Origin: a virus
Lineage: Duplodnaviria > Caudoviricetes
Length of the DNA: 38,079 nt
Direction: 5' to 3' (one strand)
IMG/VR virus record: IMGVR_UViG_3300004240_000023
Location: 1 to 38,079 of that record
Part shown: piece by piece, positions 1 through 8,312 of the stretch
How the letters are laid out: every line of letters begins with the position of its first letter
How positions within the stretch are numbered: the stretch's first letter is position 1
Translations under genes and position numbers: made by a program
Notes under the pieces: generated by a model
Told to the model about the DNA's origin: nothing
What the model saw: the letters and a program-made list of their open reading frames with translations, nothing else
Databases searched by the model: none

Positions 1-32
1 CCGCGTAGCGGTGACCCAACAAATTTTGTCAT
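1..32 (-). CDS. 5' end of a probable tail/fibre gene running off the window (MTKFVGSPLR...)
   Basis: ATG at 32-30 with GAGG about 10 nt upstream; start resembles MAQKFV of the upstream fibre gene; only 10 codons visible. Confidence 0.35.
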   Translation of the reverse strand, partial: MTKFVGSPLR

Positions 33-64
33 AGAAACTCAGCCTCAACTGTTTTCAAAATATG

Positions 65-84
65 AAACACCCCTCAAGGTGTTT
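65..84 (-). terminator. Short hairpin after the fibre gene, possible weak terminator
   Basis: AAACACC (65-71) pairs with GGTGTTT (78-84), 6-nt loop; poor U-tract. Confidence 0.3.
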
Positions 85-98
85 ATTTGTATAAATCT

Positions 99-1562
99 TT
101 AGCCTGTGATAACAACAGTATAAGCACCGTTGTCTGGAGCAACAGAAAAACTGAGTGTCACAACATTGACGGATGTGCGCACGACATCACAAATTACCGT
201 GTCATAGGTGGCTGAGTCATAAACTTGAACAGACACATTTCGTGTATTAAAATTGTGTGTTACAGCGATTGAAGTAGCCGAGTTATTGCCAATTACTTGC
301 GATGTGACGCGAGCAAGGCTTGGTGTTGAAGATGTCCGTGAACCAGTATCGCCACCAACAGCAAGATTGTCTCGTGCACCAGATTCGGTCGTTGCACCAG
401 TACCACCTTGATCAACAGGAAGGGTTCCTGTCGTGTCATCGGAGCCCTGTCCGAGATCAATGGTGTTTCTGCTAAGAACACCTGCTGTGTAGGTGAGACC
501 GTCGCCAGCAATATCGGACTTGATTTTGAGACCGTCAGAGGTGGTGGCAAGACCAGCGATAGCCGCGTCAAGTTTGATACCTACAGAATCCGAAGTAATT
601 TCAAGACCAGTTGTGGCACCAAGCGTTACAGAAAGAACACCCGCGTCATAGCCAAGACCTGCACCAGCGGCGTCTGACTTGATACGCAACGCATCGGAAT
701 GAACCTCAATACCGACACCAGTGTTGACATTAAGAACATCGCCAGTCTTTGAAAGACCGTCACCAGCAAGAATATTCCCAGCAACAGAGAATAGCGAGAA
801 GGACAGAGCGGTGGTTCCAACAGTAATGTCACCATCTGTGATGAGAACCCAACCACTGTCTGCGTTAACCGTTCCGTTCTCAACGAACGTAAACATTCCC
901 GGCGTAACTTCGGCATTATTATCAGCGTCGGTTGCTCGGGATGCTGCGCCAGAAGCGGAAGCAATGTAGATACCGTTTTCTGATGCTGTGCTTTGGTTCT
1001 TAACAAGAACACGGTCACCAGCAACAAGGGTGTAGCCGTCAATGACATCGCCAGCCTCAAGACCACTGGCGATAGTGATCGGTTCTGTAGTTGCAACTTT
1101 TACAGATGCTTTAACATCAAGCCCTGTGCGCGCCGCATCTACATAACCTTTGTTGGCAACATCAAGGTCGGCAGATGGGGTCGCGGCTTTGAAGCGACCG
1201 TTTGCGTCACGAAGAACAAGAGTATTGGCTGTTTCTGTTGCTGTTGAAGCATCAAGTTTCGCTTTATCGGCAGCCGACATGACACCGTCGTTGGACGATG
1301 TGGCAAGATTCGGTTGAATGGTTACGGCACCATTGGCTTCCGAAATTGTCAGCGCTTCTGATTGGTCACCCGTACTGGTGATGCCATGAAGCATCTTGCG
1401 CCATGCTGAGCCCGTATAAACCTTGATGGTTTTTTCGGTGCTGTTATAAATTAACCTGCCCTCAAAGTTGTCACTTGACGGGTCGGATGCAAGAACCTCA
1501 AATTTACCATTGATTAACTGGTTTTGATTGAGATTTAAATTTGTAACGAATTTTTGTGCCAT
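99..1562 (-). CDS. Tail fibre / virion fibre protein
   Basis: VKASVKVATT...IDGYTLVAGDRVLVKNQSTASENGIY motif common in phage fibres; repeated AGxGL beta-turn units; GTLPVDQGGTGAT; C-terminal THNFNTRNVSVQVYD domain. Confidence 0.75.
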   Translation of the reverse strand: MAQKFVTNLNLNQNQLINGKFEVLASDPSSDNFEGRLIYNSTEKTIKVYTGSAWRKMLHGITSTGDQSEALTISEANGAVTIQPNLATSSNDGVMSAADKAKLDASTATETANTLVLRDANGRFKAATPSADLDVANKGYVDAARTGLDVKASVKVATTEPITIASGLEAGDVIDGYTLVAGDRVLVKNQSTASENGIYIASASGAASRATDADNNAEVTPGMFTFVENGTVNADSGWVLITDGDITVGTTALSFSLFSVAGNILAGDGLSKTGDVLNVNTGVGIEVHSDALRIKSDAAGAGLGYDAGVLSVTLGATTGLEITSDSVGIKLDAAIAGLATTSDGLKIKSDIAGDGLTYTAGVLSRNTIDLGQGSDDTTGTLPVDQGGTGATTESGARDNLAVGGDTGSRTSSTPSLARVTSQVIGNNSATSIAVTHNFNTRNVSVQVYDSATYDTVICDVVRTSVNVVTLSFSVAPDNGAYTVVITG

Positions 1563-1575
1563 TGATTTTAAATCC

Positions 1576-1923
1576 TCACGTCAGATAAGCAAAACCAGAA
1601 AAAGGTGCTGAAAATATTACACTTATACTTGTATTGCTATTATACACAACATCACCCACTACAACGGTTCCTGCGCTATCAACGATGGTGACTGAAGGTC
1701 TTCCCCCAAGAGCATGAACTATGTTCCAAGTTGAAGAAGCGGAAGATTGAGTATGAATATGGCGCTCGTTATTGGTGAGAAGATTGACATTTAATTCGGT
1801 GAGAGCAGTGAAGAACGGGGTATCCGGCCAGCCCTCTTCTGTTTTCGGACCGTAAAAATCCCCTGTAAGTACGTCAATATATATATCACCAACATTGCCG
1901 TAGTCGGAAGGTTGAACAGGCAT
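1576..1923 (-). CDS. Small virion structural (fibre-associated) protein
   Basis: GDIYIDxxTGDFYGPK motif and C-terminal HTQSSASSTWNIVHALGGRPSVTIVD domain typical of phage tail accessory proteins. Confidence 0.7.
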   Translation of the reverse strand: MPVQPSDYGNVGDIYIDVLTGDFYGPKTEEGWPDTPFFTALTELNVNLLTNNERHIHTQSSASSTWNIVHALGGRPSVTIVDSAGTVVVGDVVYNSNTSISVIFSAPFSGFAYLT

Positions 1924-1924
1924 A

Positions 1925-2122
1925 TTAGAGATTTACTTCTATTTCCCACGGCACGCCTTCGCCGTAAGTAACATTTGTTCTGGAACTCGCCGCTACGCCG
2001 GGTAGCACAACCTGAATAATATTTGGTTCTTCATGGTTGATTTCAACAATATTCCGTTGGTCTTCAATGACGACGTTGAAATCGGCATTGCCCATAGTCA
2101 GTTGTGTAGAAAGATCGCTCAT
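1925..2122 (-). CDS. Hypothetical virion protein (65 aa)
   Basis: ATGA overlap with upstream gene; ends 1 nt before the next ATG. Confidence 0.6.
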   Translation of the reverse strand: MSDLSTQLTMGNADFNVVIEDQRNIVEINHEEPNIIQVVLPGVAASSRTNVTYGEGVPWEIEVNL

Positions 2123-2469
2123 CGCGAAACCTCTCTTTCAAGTTTGAATTCTCCCCTGACAACCTTGTGCACCGCACCAGTGGCTGTATGAACAATTTCA
2201 AGATCGTAAACCCCGCTTTGAGTTAGGGCTGCGGTAAGTTCTGGGGTCAGGGTCAAGGTAATTGCGCCAAGAGAGGCGTTTATTGTGATTCTTCCATTTG
2301 CAGTGGACAAACCTATAAGCGAGGAAGTTGCGTCAACCGTGCGCCGAACCTCCATGCGAGCCGTATAACCATTCAGGGAAAATACAGTCCCATCGGCTTG
2401 TTTTATCTCTATGGTGCGGGTAAAAGTTGACCCTTGATCGCACACCATATTGTATTTTCCTGCAAGCAT
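2119..2469 (-). CDS. BppU-N-like baseplate/fibre attachment beta-sandwich protein
   Basis: YNMVCDQGSTF...LNGYTARMEVR...GVYDLEI...VVRGEF pattern widespread in phage tail modules. Confidence 0.7.
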   Translation of the reverse strand: MLAGKYNMVCDQGSTFTRTIEIKQADGTVFSLNGYTARMEVRRTVDATSSLIGLSTANGRITINASLGAITLTLTPELTAALTQSGVYDLEIVHTATGAVHKVVRGEFKLEREVSR

Positions 2470-2513
2470 TAGCCCTCAATCCGTAAGGCAGCCCAAACCG
2501 CCATCACCTATCA

Positions 2514-2524
2514 AGAATACATCA
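2514..2524 (-). promoter_or_regulatory. Candidate phage promoter TGATGTATTCT
   Basis: One of four intergenic TRATGTANNNT copies, about 45 nt upstream of ATG 2469. Confidence 0.45.
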
Positions 2525-2548
2525 CTTGTATCTTGACGATTTGAAGCG

Positions 2549-2791
2549 TTAAGCCTTTTTCTTGCTTTTTGCCTGAGCGTCAACAATTGCTGTGACAGCA
2601 GAGAAGATGGCGGTGGTGTTTTTGTCGCCAATCTTGGTTGAAAGCCATGCGAACACAGAAAGTGCAACAGGCATCAGAACCGCAACAACTTCAGCCGACA
2701 TACCCCACTTGTTGGCGAGATAACCAAGTCCGCCGAGAAGCGCACCCTTTACAGCCTGATCGCTTACATTCGCTTTAATATTCTTGTCCAT
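2549..2791 (-). CDS. Small membrane protein, holin-like
   Basis: 80 aa, two hydrophobic segments, basic C-terminus KSKKKA; GGAGG upstream; no endolysin seen nearby. Confidence 0.5.
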   Translation of the reverse strand: MDKNIKANVSDQAVKGALLGGLGYLANKWGMSAEVVAVLMPVALSVFAWLSTKIGDKNTTAIFSAVTAIVDAQAKSKKKA

Positions 2792-3035
2792 TATTTTCCT
2801 CCGTAATAGGGAATTGGTATTCTCCTGAACGCATCATGTCCATCGCGGTCTCCAACATCCCATTGGCAAGCCAAGGAGTCATAGAGTCCGATATGGAGAG
2901 CACTAACTCTTGCTGAGAGTTAGACACAACTTCTGCGATAAGAACAAAATTGGTGACAAGACCCTGAGGGAGCATCCCGCGAAGGAGTTCCTCAATTTCT
3001 TTATCCATAGAAGGTTCTTTGTTCTCATCTTCCAT
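2775..3035 (-). CDS. Hypothetical protein
   Basis: Start moved to ATG 3035 (MEDENK) because GGAGG lies just upstream. Confidence 0.65.
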   Translation of the reverse strand: MEDENKEPSMDKEIEELLRGMLPQGLVTNFVLIAEVVSNSQQELVLSISDSMTPWLANGMLETAMDMMRSGEYQFPITEENNGQEY

Positions 3036-3064
3036 GGATCCTCCAATTTTCAACTTACATACAT

Positions 3065-3075
3065 ATTCTACATCA
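3065..3075 (-). promoter_or_regulatory. Candidate phage promoter TGATGTAGAAT
   Basis: TRATGTANNNT copy about 30 nt upstream of ATG 3035. Confidence 0.45.
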
Positions 3076-4350
3076 AGCAGTCAATGTGTGGGTGACAATC
3101 ATTCCCAAAGGTCTTGCTGGTTCAATTAATGACAGAATAATTGAATTGGATGAACCTACATCTTCTACAACTGTTCCGAAGGTTTCCGCTTGGCTTGTAG
3201 TGAAATCAATCTGATTTAGCCCAATTGTATAGTTGACAACTTTTGAACCAGTTAGGTTTCGTTGTATTGCGCTTGTCATTGCTTCAATCGTTCCAGCATT
3301 ATGACCGTAATATCCTGTTTGAACTTGCCATCGTGCAAATGCATCAAGACCAGCAGGCAAACCTCCAAGGTTTGTTGCATCGCTACCGAGCACATCAGGA
3401 CCGTCTAAAAGACTTGAGTTCAAAGTAAAAATTTGCCAGCCGATACCTTCTGTTGACGGTTGATATGTGACGAGAATTGGTCGCCCACGAAACTGTGCAA
3501 GCCAAGAAAGATAGGCGCTGTCACAAACTTGTGGATTCACCAATCGGCTCAATGTTGCTAAATTTGATGGGTCGCCACCCTCGCTTCTGTCAAGATACTC
3601 AAATGCTGTAAATTGATCCAAAATTTCATCTGACGTAGTTGTCATTACATCAAAAATTCGCGCGAGTGGGTATGTTGGATCATTTTTCGTAAAGTCTGCT
3701 AAATCGGACTCAAGAAATATTTCTGGGAAATAGTCAAAAGAATTACTCAAAAACCCATTAGAAAAAATTCTTTTAGATTGATGTGCGGTTGGTCTAGCAA
3801 TATGCAGATGAGCGTCTGTAAGGGTTGAAAATACAACACGGAATTGCAACTGTATAGACCACCGACCATTTTCAGGAACCTGAACAGGAACAGACCTGAT
3901 CAGTTGCCATTTCGGAGTGTCTGTTCCACCTAGCGAAACAACAGTAGAACCCTCATCGCCAATTACCTGTACGAATGGATCAATAAAAGAAAATGTTGAT
4001 GTATTTTCATCAAATTCAACTTCAGAAAGAACAGTTTTTAAATGTATAGAACAATTTTTTGTTGGTCTCACCCACATAAACGCTTCAACAAAATCACCAG
4101 CATCTTGCTCAACCGTGATTGCATACTGCGACGGAGTTTCAGACGCAGAAGAAAAATAATTATAGTAAACATAATTTTCAAGGGCGCTCGGCATCAATTC
4201 AAGCGAGCCTCGTGATGCATCTAAATATGTAACCGCATTAACAGCAAGATTGCCATCGGACGTCCAAAAGTCGCTTGTTGAAGAAGCAAAAGTTGTTTGC
4301 TCTAGAAAAGTCCTTTCGGACTCATCAAGATAGTTATAAATAATTCCCAT
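3073..4350 (-). CDS. Baseplate wedge protein (P2 gpI-like) with N-terminal beta-rich domain
   Basis: Follows baseplate J; LVNPQVCDSAYLSWLAQFRG...GTIEAM...ARPLGM pattern; start set to ATG 4350, directly after the upstream stop. Confidence 0.65.
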   Translation of the reverse strand: MGIIYNYLDESERTFLEQTTFASSTSDFWTSDGNLAVNAVTYLDASRGSLELMPSALENYVYYNYFSSASETPSQYAITVEQDAGDFVEAFMWVRPTKNCSIHLKTVLSEVEFDENTSTFSFIDPFVQVIGDEGSTVVSLGGTDTPKWQLIRSVPVQVPENGRWSIQLQFRVVFSTLTDAHLHIARPTAHQSKRIFSNGFLSNSFDYFPEIFLESDLADFTKNDPTYPLARIFDVMTTTSDEILDQFTAFEYLDRSEGGDPSNLATLSRLVNPQVCDSAYLSWLAQFRGRPILVTYQPSTEGIGWQIFTLNSSLLDGPDVLGSDATNLGGLPAGLDAFARWQVQTGYYGHNAGTIEAMTSAIQRNLTGSKVVNYTIGLNQIDFTTSQAETFGTVVEDVGSSNSIILSLIEPARPLGMIVTHTLTA

Positions 4351-4352
4351 GG

Positions 4353-5762
4353 CTACGATGTCGCTATCGTTGTGCAATCACCTATCGGAATGGCGCCCTT
4401 TTCAAGTATTGAAACATCATCACCACTATCGGTGGCAAACGATGGGGTTCCAACTACAGAAACAGTCATTGAATCAACGTATTTAACCCCAACAACTTTT
4501 GAGGCAATAGTTGTCAAATAAAGATGATTGACCGTTTCTGCAAAATCCCAACCCGCAATAGATAAATATGCTTCAATAGCCGCTGACACAGCAGTACCAA
4601 CATCTGAAGTTGAGTAGTTTGGTTCAACAACAACATTCGTGTTTACTGTTACATCAAAAGTGTTCATATCGTGGAGATACATTTTCAAACCAGCAACGAT
4701 ACGAGATTCAATATCTTCTTTAATAATCAGTTTTTGTTCGGTGCTAATATGATCACCAACAGAGTCGCAGAGGGAAATTGTTACAGCACCGCCAGCATCG
4801 GCTGTTGCAAAAAGCATCCCGTTACCAAGAACAACACTTCCAACAGTCGTTGCGGCTGAAGCAATATTTGTATTTGTTTTTGCGTAACGAAATGTCGTGG
4901 TTGAAGGAACAACCGTAATTGTGTATGTTCCGTTGTATGCCGCTGTAGCCATATCTGCCACATCAACAACATCACCAACAGAAAAACCATGAGCATACCT
5001 AGTTGTTAAAGTGACGACGTTTGAGGTGAGGACGGCGTTAACAATGTCATTTTCTTTTGCCTGCGTAAGATCATAAACCTTATATCTGCTCACCGTCGGA
5101 TAGTTGGTGGCAATATAGTTAGTCAACTGCGAGGCAGTAGTGATGGAACTACTCAATGATCCAAGAAAAGTGACTGCACGATCAAAGTATTCACTATCTG
5201 TTTCAGTGTCTGCACCGACGCTTCCGAGAGAAGTTAATGTCGCACCTAAAATAAAAGGTGTGCTTGAAACAACAGTAAGAGAAGACGGTACTGGAATGTC
5301 TGGATATAGCGATGGATTTGATGCGGTTACAGAAACTGAACCAGTGGTATCGCCAGATGCAATGGTGATGTCATTAATAGATTCGTACAGGTACTGAGTA
5401 AGCGCACCAGATGCGTCGTAAACATCATAGGAGAATACCGTACCAGCAGAAATTGTTGCACCAGTATTCACCGATAGTTCAATTTCAACCGTGCCAGTTG
5501 ATGGTGTTGCCTCAATTCGGGAAAAACCCATCAGATTCAAAATTCCTTCCATCAGACCATCTGGAAGGCGATTAATTGATGCGATCAAACTTCCTGTTGT
5601 GTGAGAAACTGCTTCAAGAAGTGCGTTTTCTACTGTCCCCACGCGCGGGGTGAACTCTGGCATTGATGTTTGCGCATATTCAACAGCGTCGTTATAGACA
5701 TCGGTAATGCTTTTATCGTTGATTGTTAAATCAACATAGTTTGAGAAATTAGGTGAAGCCAT
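4353..5762 (-). CDS. Baseplate J-like wedge protein with inserted HGF-motif beta domain
   Basis: GILNLMGFSRIEATPSTG, GADTETDSEYFDR, VVGVKYV motifs; position after gp25-like gene. Confidence 0.85.
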   Translation of the reverse strand: MASPNFSNYVDLTINDKSITDVYNDAVEYAQTSMPEFTPRVGTVENALLEAVSHTTGSLIASINRLPDGLMEGILNLMGFSRIEATPSTGTVEIELSVNTGATISAGTVFSYDVYDASGALTQYLYESINDITIASGDTTGSVSVTASNPSLYPDIPVPSSLTVVSSTPFILGATLTSLGSVGADTETDSEYFDRAVTFLGSLSSSITTASQLTNYIATNYPTVSRYKVYDLTQAKENDIVNAVLTSNVVTLTTRYAHGFSVGDVVDVADMATAAYNGTYTITVVPSTTTFRYAKTNTNIASAATTVGSVVLGNGMLFATADAGGAVTISLCDSVGDHISTEQKLIIKEDIESRIVAGLKMYLHDMNTFDVTVNTNVVVEPNYSTSDVGTAVSAAIEAYLSIAGWDFAETVNHLYLTTIASKVVGVKYVDSMTVSVVGTPSFATDSGDDVSILEKGAIPIGDCTTIATS

Positions 5763-5764
5763 TG

Positions 5765-6064
5765 TTAGATCCGTTCAAATTTTATTGCTAGGTTTGATTG
5801 CCCATTATTATTCGGAATTACTTCAACACTTGTTACACGGATATCAGGTATGAGGTTTCCAACCTGAACGCCGACTTGTCTAACCTGCTTGTTATCAAAT
5901 GTCGGATCTTTAGTTCCATAAAATGTTGATATCGGCAACTCGCCCGGCTCTATCTGTATAGCCAAACCGATAAGGGTTGCGTAATACTCATCTGATTCGT
6001 CGGGTATTGTTTCCATCTCAAAAGATTCGTGTTTGAATTTAATCGGTAATCTAATTGTGTTCAT
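5765..6064 (-). CDS. gp25/gpW-like baseplate wedge (sheath initiator)
   Basis: 99 aa, PGELPISTFYGTKDP motif, canonical position before baseplate J. Confidence 0.7.
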   Translation of the reverse strand: MNTIRLPIKFKHESFEMETIPDESDEYYATLIGLAIQIEPGELPISTFYGTKDPTFDNKQVRQVGVQVGNLIPDIRVTSVEVIPNNNGQSNLAIKFERI

Positions 6065-6474
6065 AACGACCCAACAATCACGCCTTCATCAAGGGAACCA
6101 TTTAATAATACAACAAGAACCCGCGCACCGATTGCGGGCAGGGTTAGTGTCGCGCTATACGCACCAGACAGGCTTGTAGTCGTTGCCGATAATGAAACGC
6201 TAGTAATCACAGAAGTTCCAGATACAGTTGCTGAAGTGGTCGTAAGTGTCTGTTTTACAGGAGTGGTTACAGGGAAAGTAAAAGGTGCCATAAATTTGTA
6301 AGGACCTAGTTGGGCGTCATTATTCAGTGCGGCAATTTTCACAAATCCAGTTCTTGTAGCATCATTTTTTGCAGTAAGAACCCCGAGATGAACCGAAGAA
6401 AATTCGGCATTAACCGACGCAGCCGAGTCAGGACGACTCATCTGATCAATTGAATCTCCACCTATGAACGACAT
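6061..6474 (-). CDS. Putative baseplate spike (gpV-like OB fold)
   Basis: LPAIGARVLVVLLNG...VIVG motif; lies between hub and gp25. Confidence 0.55.
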   Translation of the reverse strand: MSFIGGDSIDQMSRPDSAASVNAEFSSVHLGVLTAKNDATRTGFVKIAALNNDAQLGPYKFMAPFTFPVTTPVKQTLTTTSATVSGTSVITSVSLSATTTSLSGAYSATLTLPAIGARVLVVLLNGSLDEGVIVGSL

Positions 6475-6481
6475 TCTTTAC

Positions 6482-7504
6482 CTATCCAATAACTGTTGTT
6501 TCTGATACTTTATTATCAATTTTCTTTTTGTCTTCTGGAGCAATTTTCTCCAAAGTAGCAAAGTTTATTTTGACTGGTTCAGGTTCACCATACTGATATT
6601 GAACCGATGTAATCAAATATGCGGTTTCATCAAAACCTTTGATGCCGTATACAACGACAGTCATCCCCGCCCTTATATTATATGCGCTTCCAATATTTTG
6701 TTCGTATTTGTCGCCCACCCAAATAGATGCTGAACCTTCCGACTCCTTAGGGCTATCCATTGATCTTCTCAGTTCGGGAACAGATGTAAGGAAAAAATTC
6801 ATTTTGGCATCGTTTGGATACTTGAGCGGTATGTAAAACAGGGGGCGAACTTCTTTTTTTCCGTCAACAGTGGTGAACGTGTATGCGGGGGTTTTCTCTA
6901 TACCCCAACGCCCAAGTAGCCAATTGGGTGAACCATAGAACAATGTCGGAAGTGGCTTCGTCCCACCATCAGGAATCGCGTACATGACGAAGCATAGGTA
7001 TTGAAGATCTTTTGCCGACCGAACTAAAACATCATAAACAGACTCCTTATTTTTTTCTGTTCTGACCTTGATGGTAGTTGTTTTAACACCTTTAGGTTCT
7101 TGACCTATGAATTCTAAACCAAACTTTTTTGCCACTTTTTTAGCAAATTCGTAGCCCGTAGTAGAACGAAAAGCCTGAGGCTTCTTGTCTAGTTTCATTC
7201 GTTGTATTGCTTCGGTTCGTAATTCAAGTTTTATTTTAAAGTATTCGCCTTCACCAGCCGAAATTTCGTGACTTGCGATCATGTATCTTTCAGTGATCGT
7301 CCCATCATTAAAAAGCACGATATTACTTACCGCAAAATAATTGTTATTCCACATTGACAGTTTCTCGTCAACAAGTTCAACTGTTACCTGAGACGCGCCA
7401 TCAACCGTATAACTTACAGTGATATTGGTGACGCTTTGCGCTATTTTGCGAACTGCGTCAACTTGGTCGTGTCCAATAATTATGATTGTTGAATCTGAAA
7501 TCAT
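6482..7504 (-). CDS. Baseplate hub protein (gpD/gp27-like)
   Basis: ESVYDVLVRSAKDL, IRAGMTVVVYGIKGFD..YLITSVQY patterns; position. Confidence 0.65.
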   Translation of the reverse strand: MISDSTIIIIGHDQVDAVRKIAQSVTNITVSYTVDGASQVTVELVDEKLSMWNNNYFAVSNIVLFNDGTITERYMIASHEISAGEGEYFKIKLELRTEAIQRMKLDKKPQAFRSTTGYEFAKKVAKKFGLEFIGQEPKGVKTTTIKVRTEKNKESVYDVLVRSAKDLQYLCFVMYAIPDGGTKPLPTLFYGSPNWLLGRWGIEKTPAYTFTTVDGKKEVRPLFYIPLKYPNDAKMNFFLTSVPELRRSMDSPKESEGSASIWVGDKYEQNIGSAYNIRAGMTVVVYGIKGFDETAYLITSVQYQYGEPEPVKINFATLEKIAPEDKKKIDNKVSETTVIG

Positions 7505-8310
7505 TATCCGCAGTACCCAGGTTTACCCGGCATAATAAACTTATTTGAACCATCAGCCTGTGGACAAAGCATCCCGACTTTACCCTTAAATTTGTTTTGT
7601 GACTGACCAGCAGATGTATCTGCTTCATTTGTCGCAGAATCTGAAGTTTTTGAAGTTTTAGTTGTTTTGCACTTGTTTGGGAATTTCTTTGCATATGCAG
7701 GATCTTTGCACGTGGGATTTTGTCTCGTAAATTTCAAAGGAGGAATCAGGGCAATGTTGATGTTTGGGTTTCTATTTTCAACCAAACTAATTTTTACATT
7801 GGCGCTCGTAATCGCGTTTTCTTTGTTCCTACGAGTCACATCAATACTCATATCTGTTATAGAAAAGAACAATCCACTGAATTTTTCTTCACTCATATTT
7901 CTATAAACAAACGGGGTGCGAGTAAAAATATCATAATTCAATAACTGAAAAACTTTATCGCTACTAGAAGCAAACCTTCTTAAAGCAAAAATTTGAGGAT
8001 CTACACTTTGAATTAAACCGTCACCCGGATGAGCAATAAGTGCCGTAAAATCAATTGTCATAAGGTTGTGCGACTTAAAAGCAACAATTGGTGTCGTGCC
8101 GGGTCGCGGAATTTGTACCATCTCATCAGATAATTTTCCTACATTTATTTCCCTTGGGCTATAAGGGAAAATAAAGTCTTCTTCCGTTGAGGCATCGGAC
8201 GAACGCATACGCAAAATAAGTGGAAGCGCACCCGGTGTCGCGGATTGAAGACGGTCAGCCTCGGGTGTCGGATCTTTTAAACGAACCCAAACAGTAACGG
8301 TATTAGCCAT
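7504..8310 (-). CDS. Tail tube initiator-like protein
   Basis: FIFPYSPREI...ITDMSIDVTRR...ANVKISLVE; directly after tape measure. Confidence 0.6.
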   Translation of the reverse strand: MANTVTVWVRLKDPTPEADRLQSATPGALPLILRMRSSDASTEEDFIFPYSPREINVGKLSDEMVQIPRPGTTPIVAFKSHNLMTIDFTALIAHPGDGLIQSVDPQIFALRRFASSSDKVFQLLNYDIFTRTPFVYRNMSEEKFSGLFFSITDMSIDVTRRNKENAITSANVKISLVENRNPNINIALIPPLKFTRQNPTCKDPAYAKKFPNKCKTTKTSKTSDSATNEADTSAGQSQNKFKGKVGMLCPQADGSNKFIMPGKPGYCG

Positions 8311-8312
8311 GT

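Noticed and set aside
2549-3035. A lysis cassette
   Set aside because: The holin-like call rests only on hydrophobicity, and no endolysin motif is nearby
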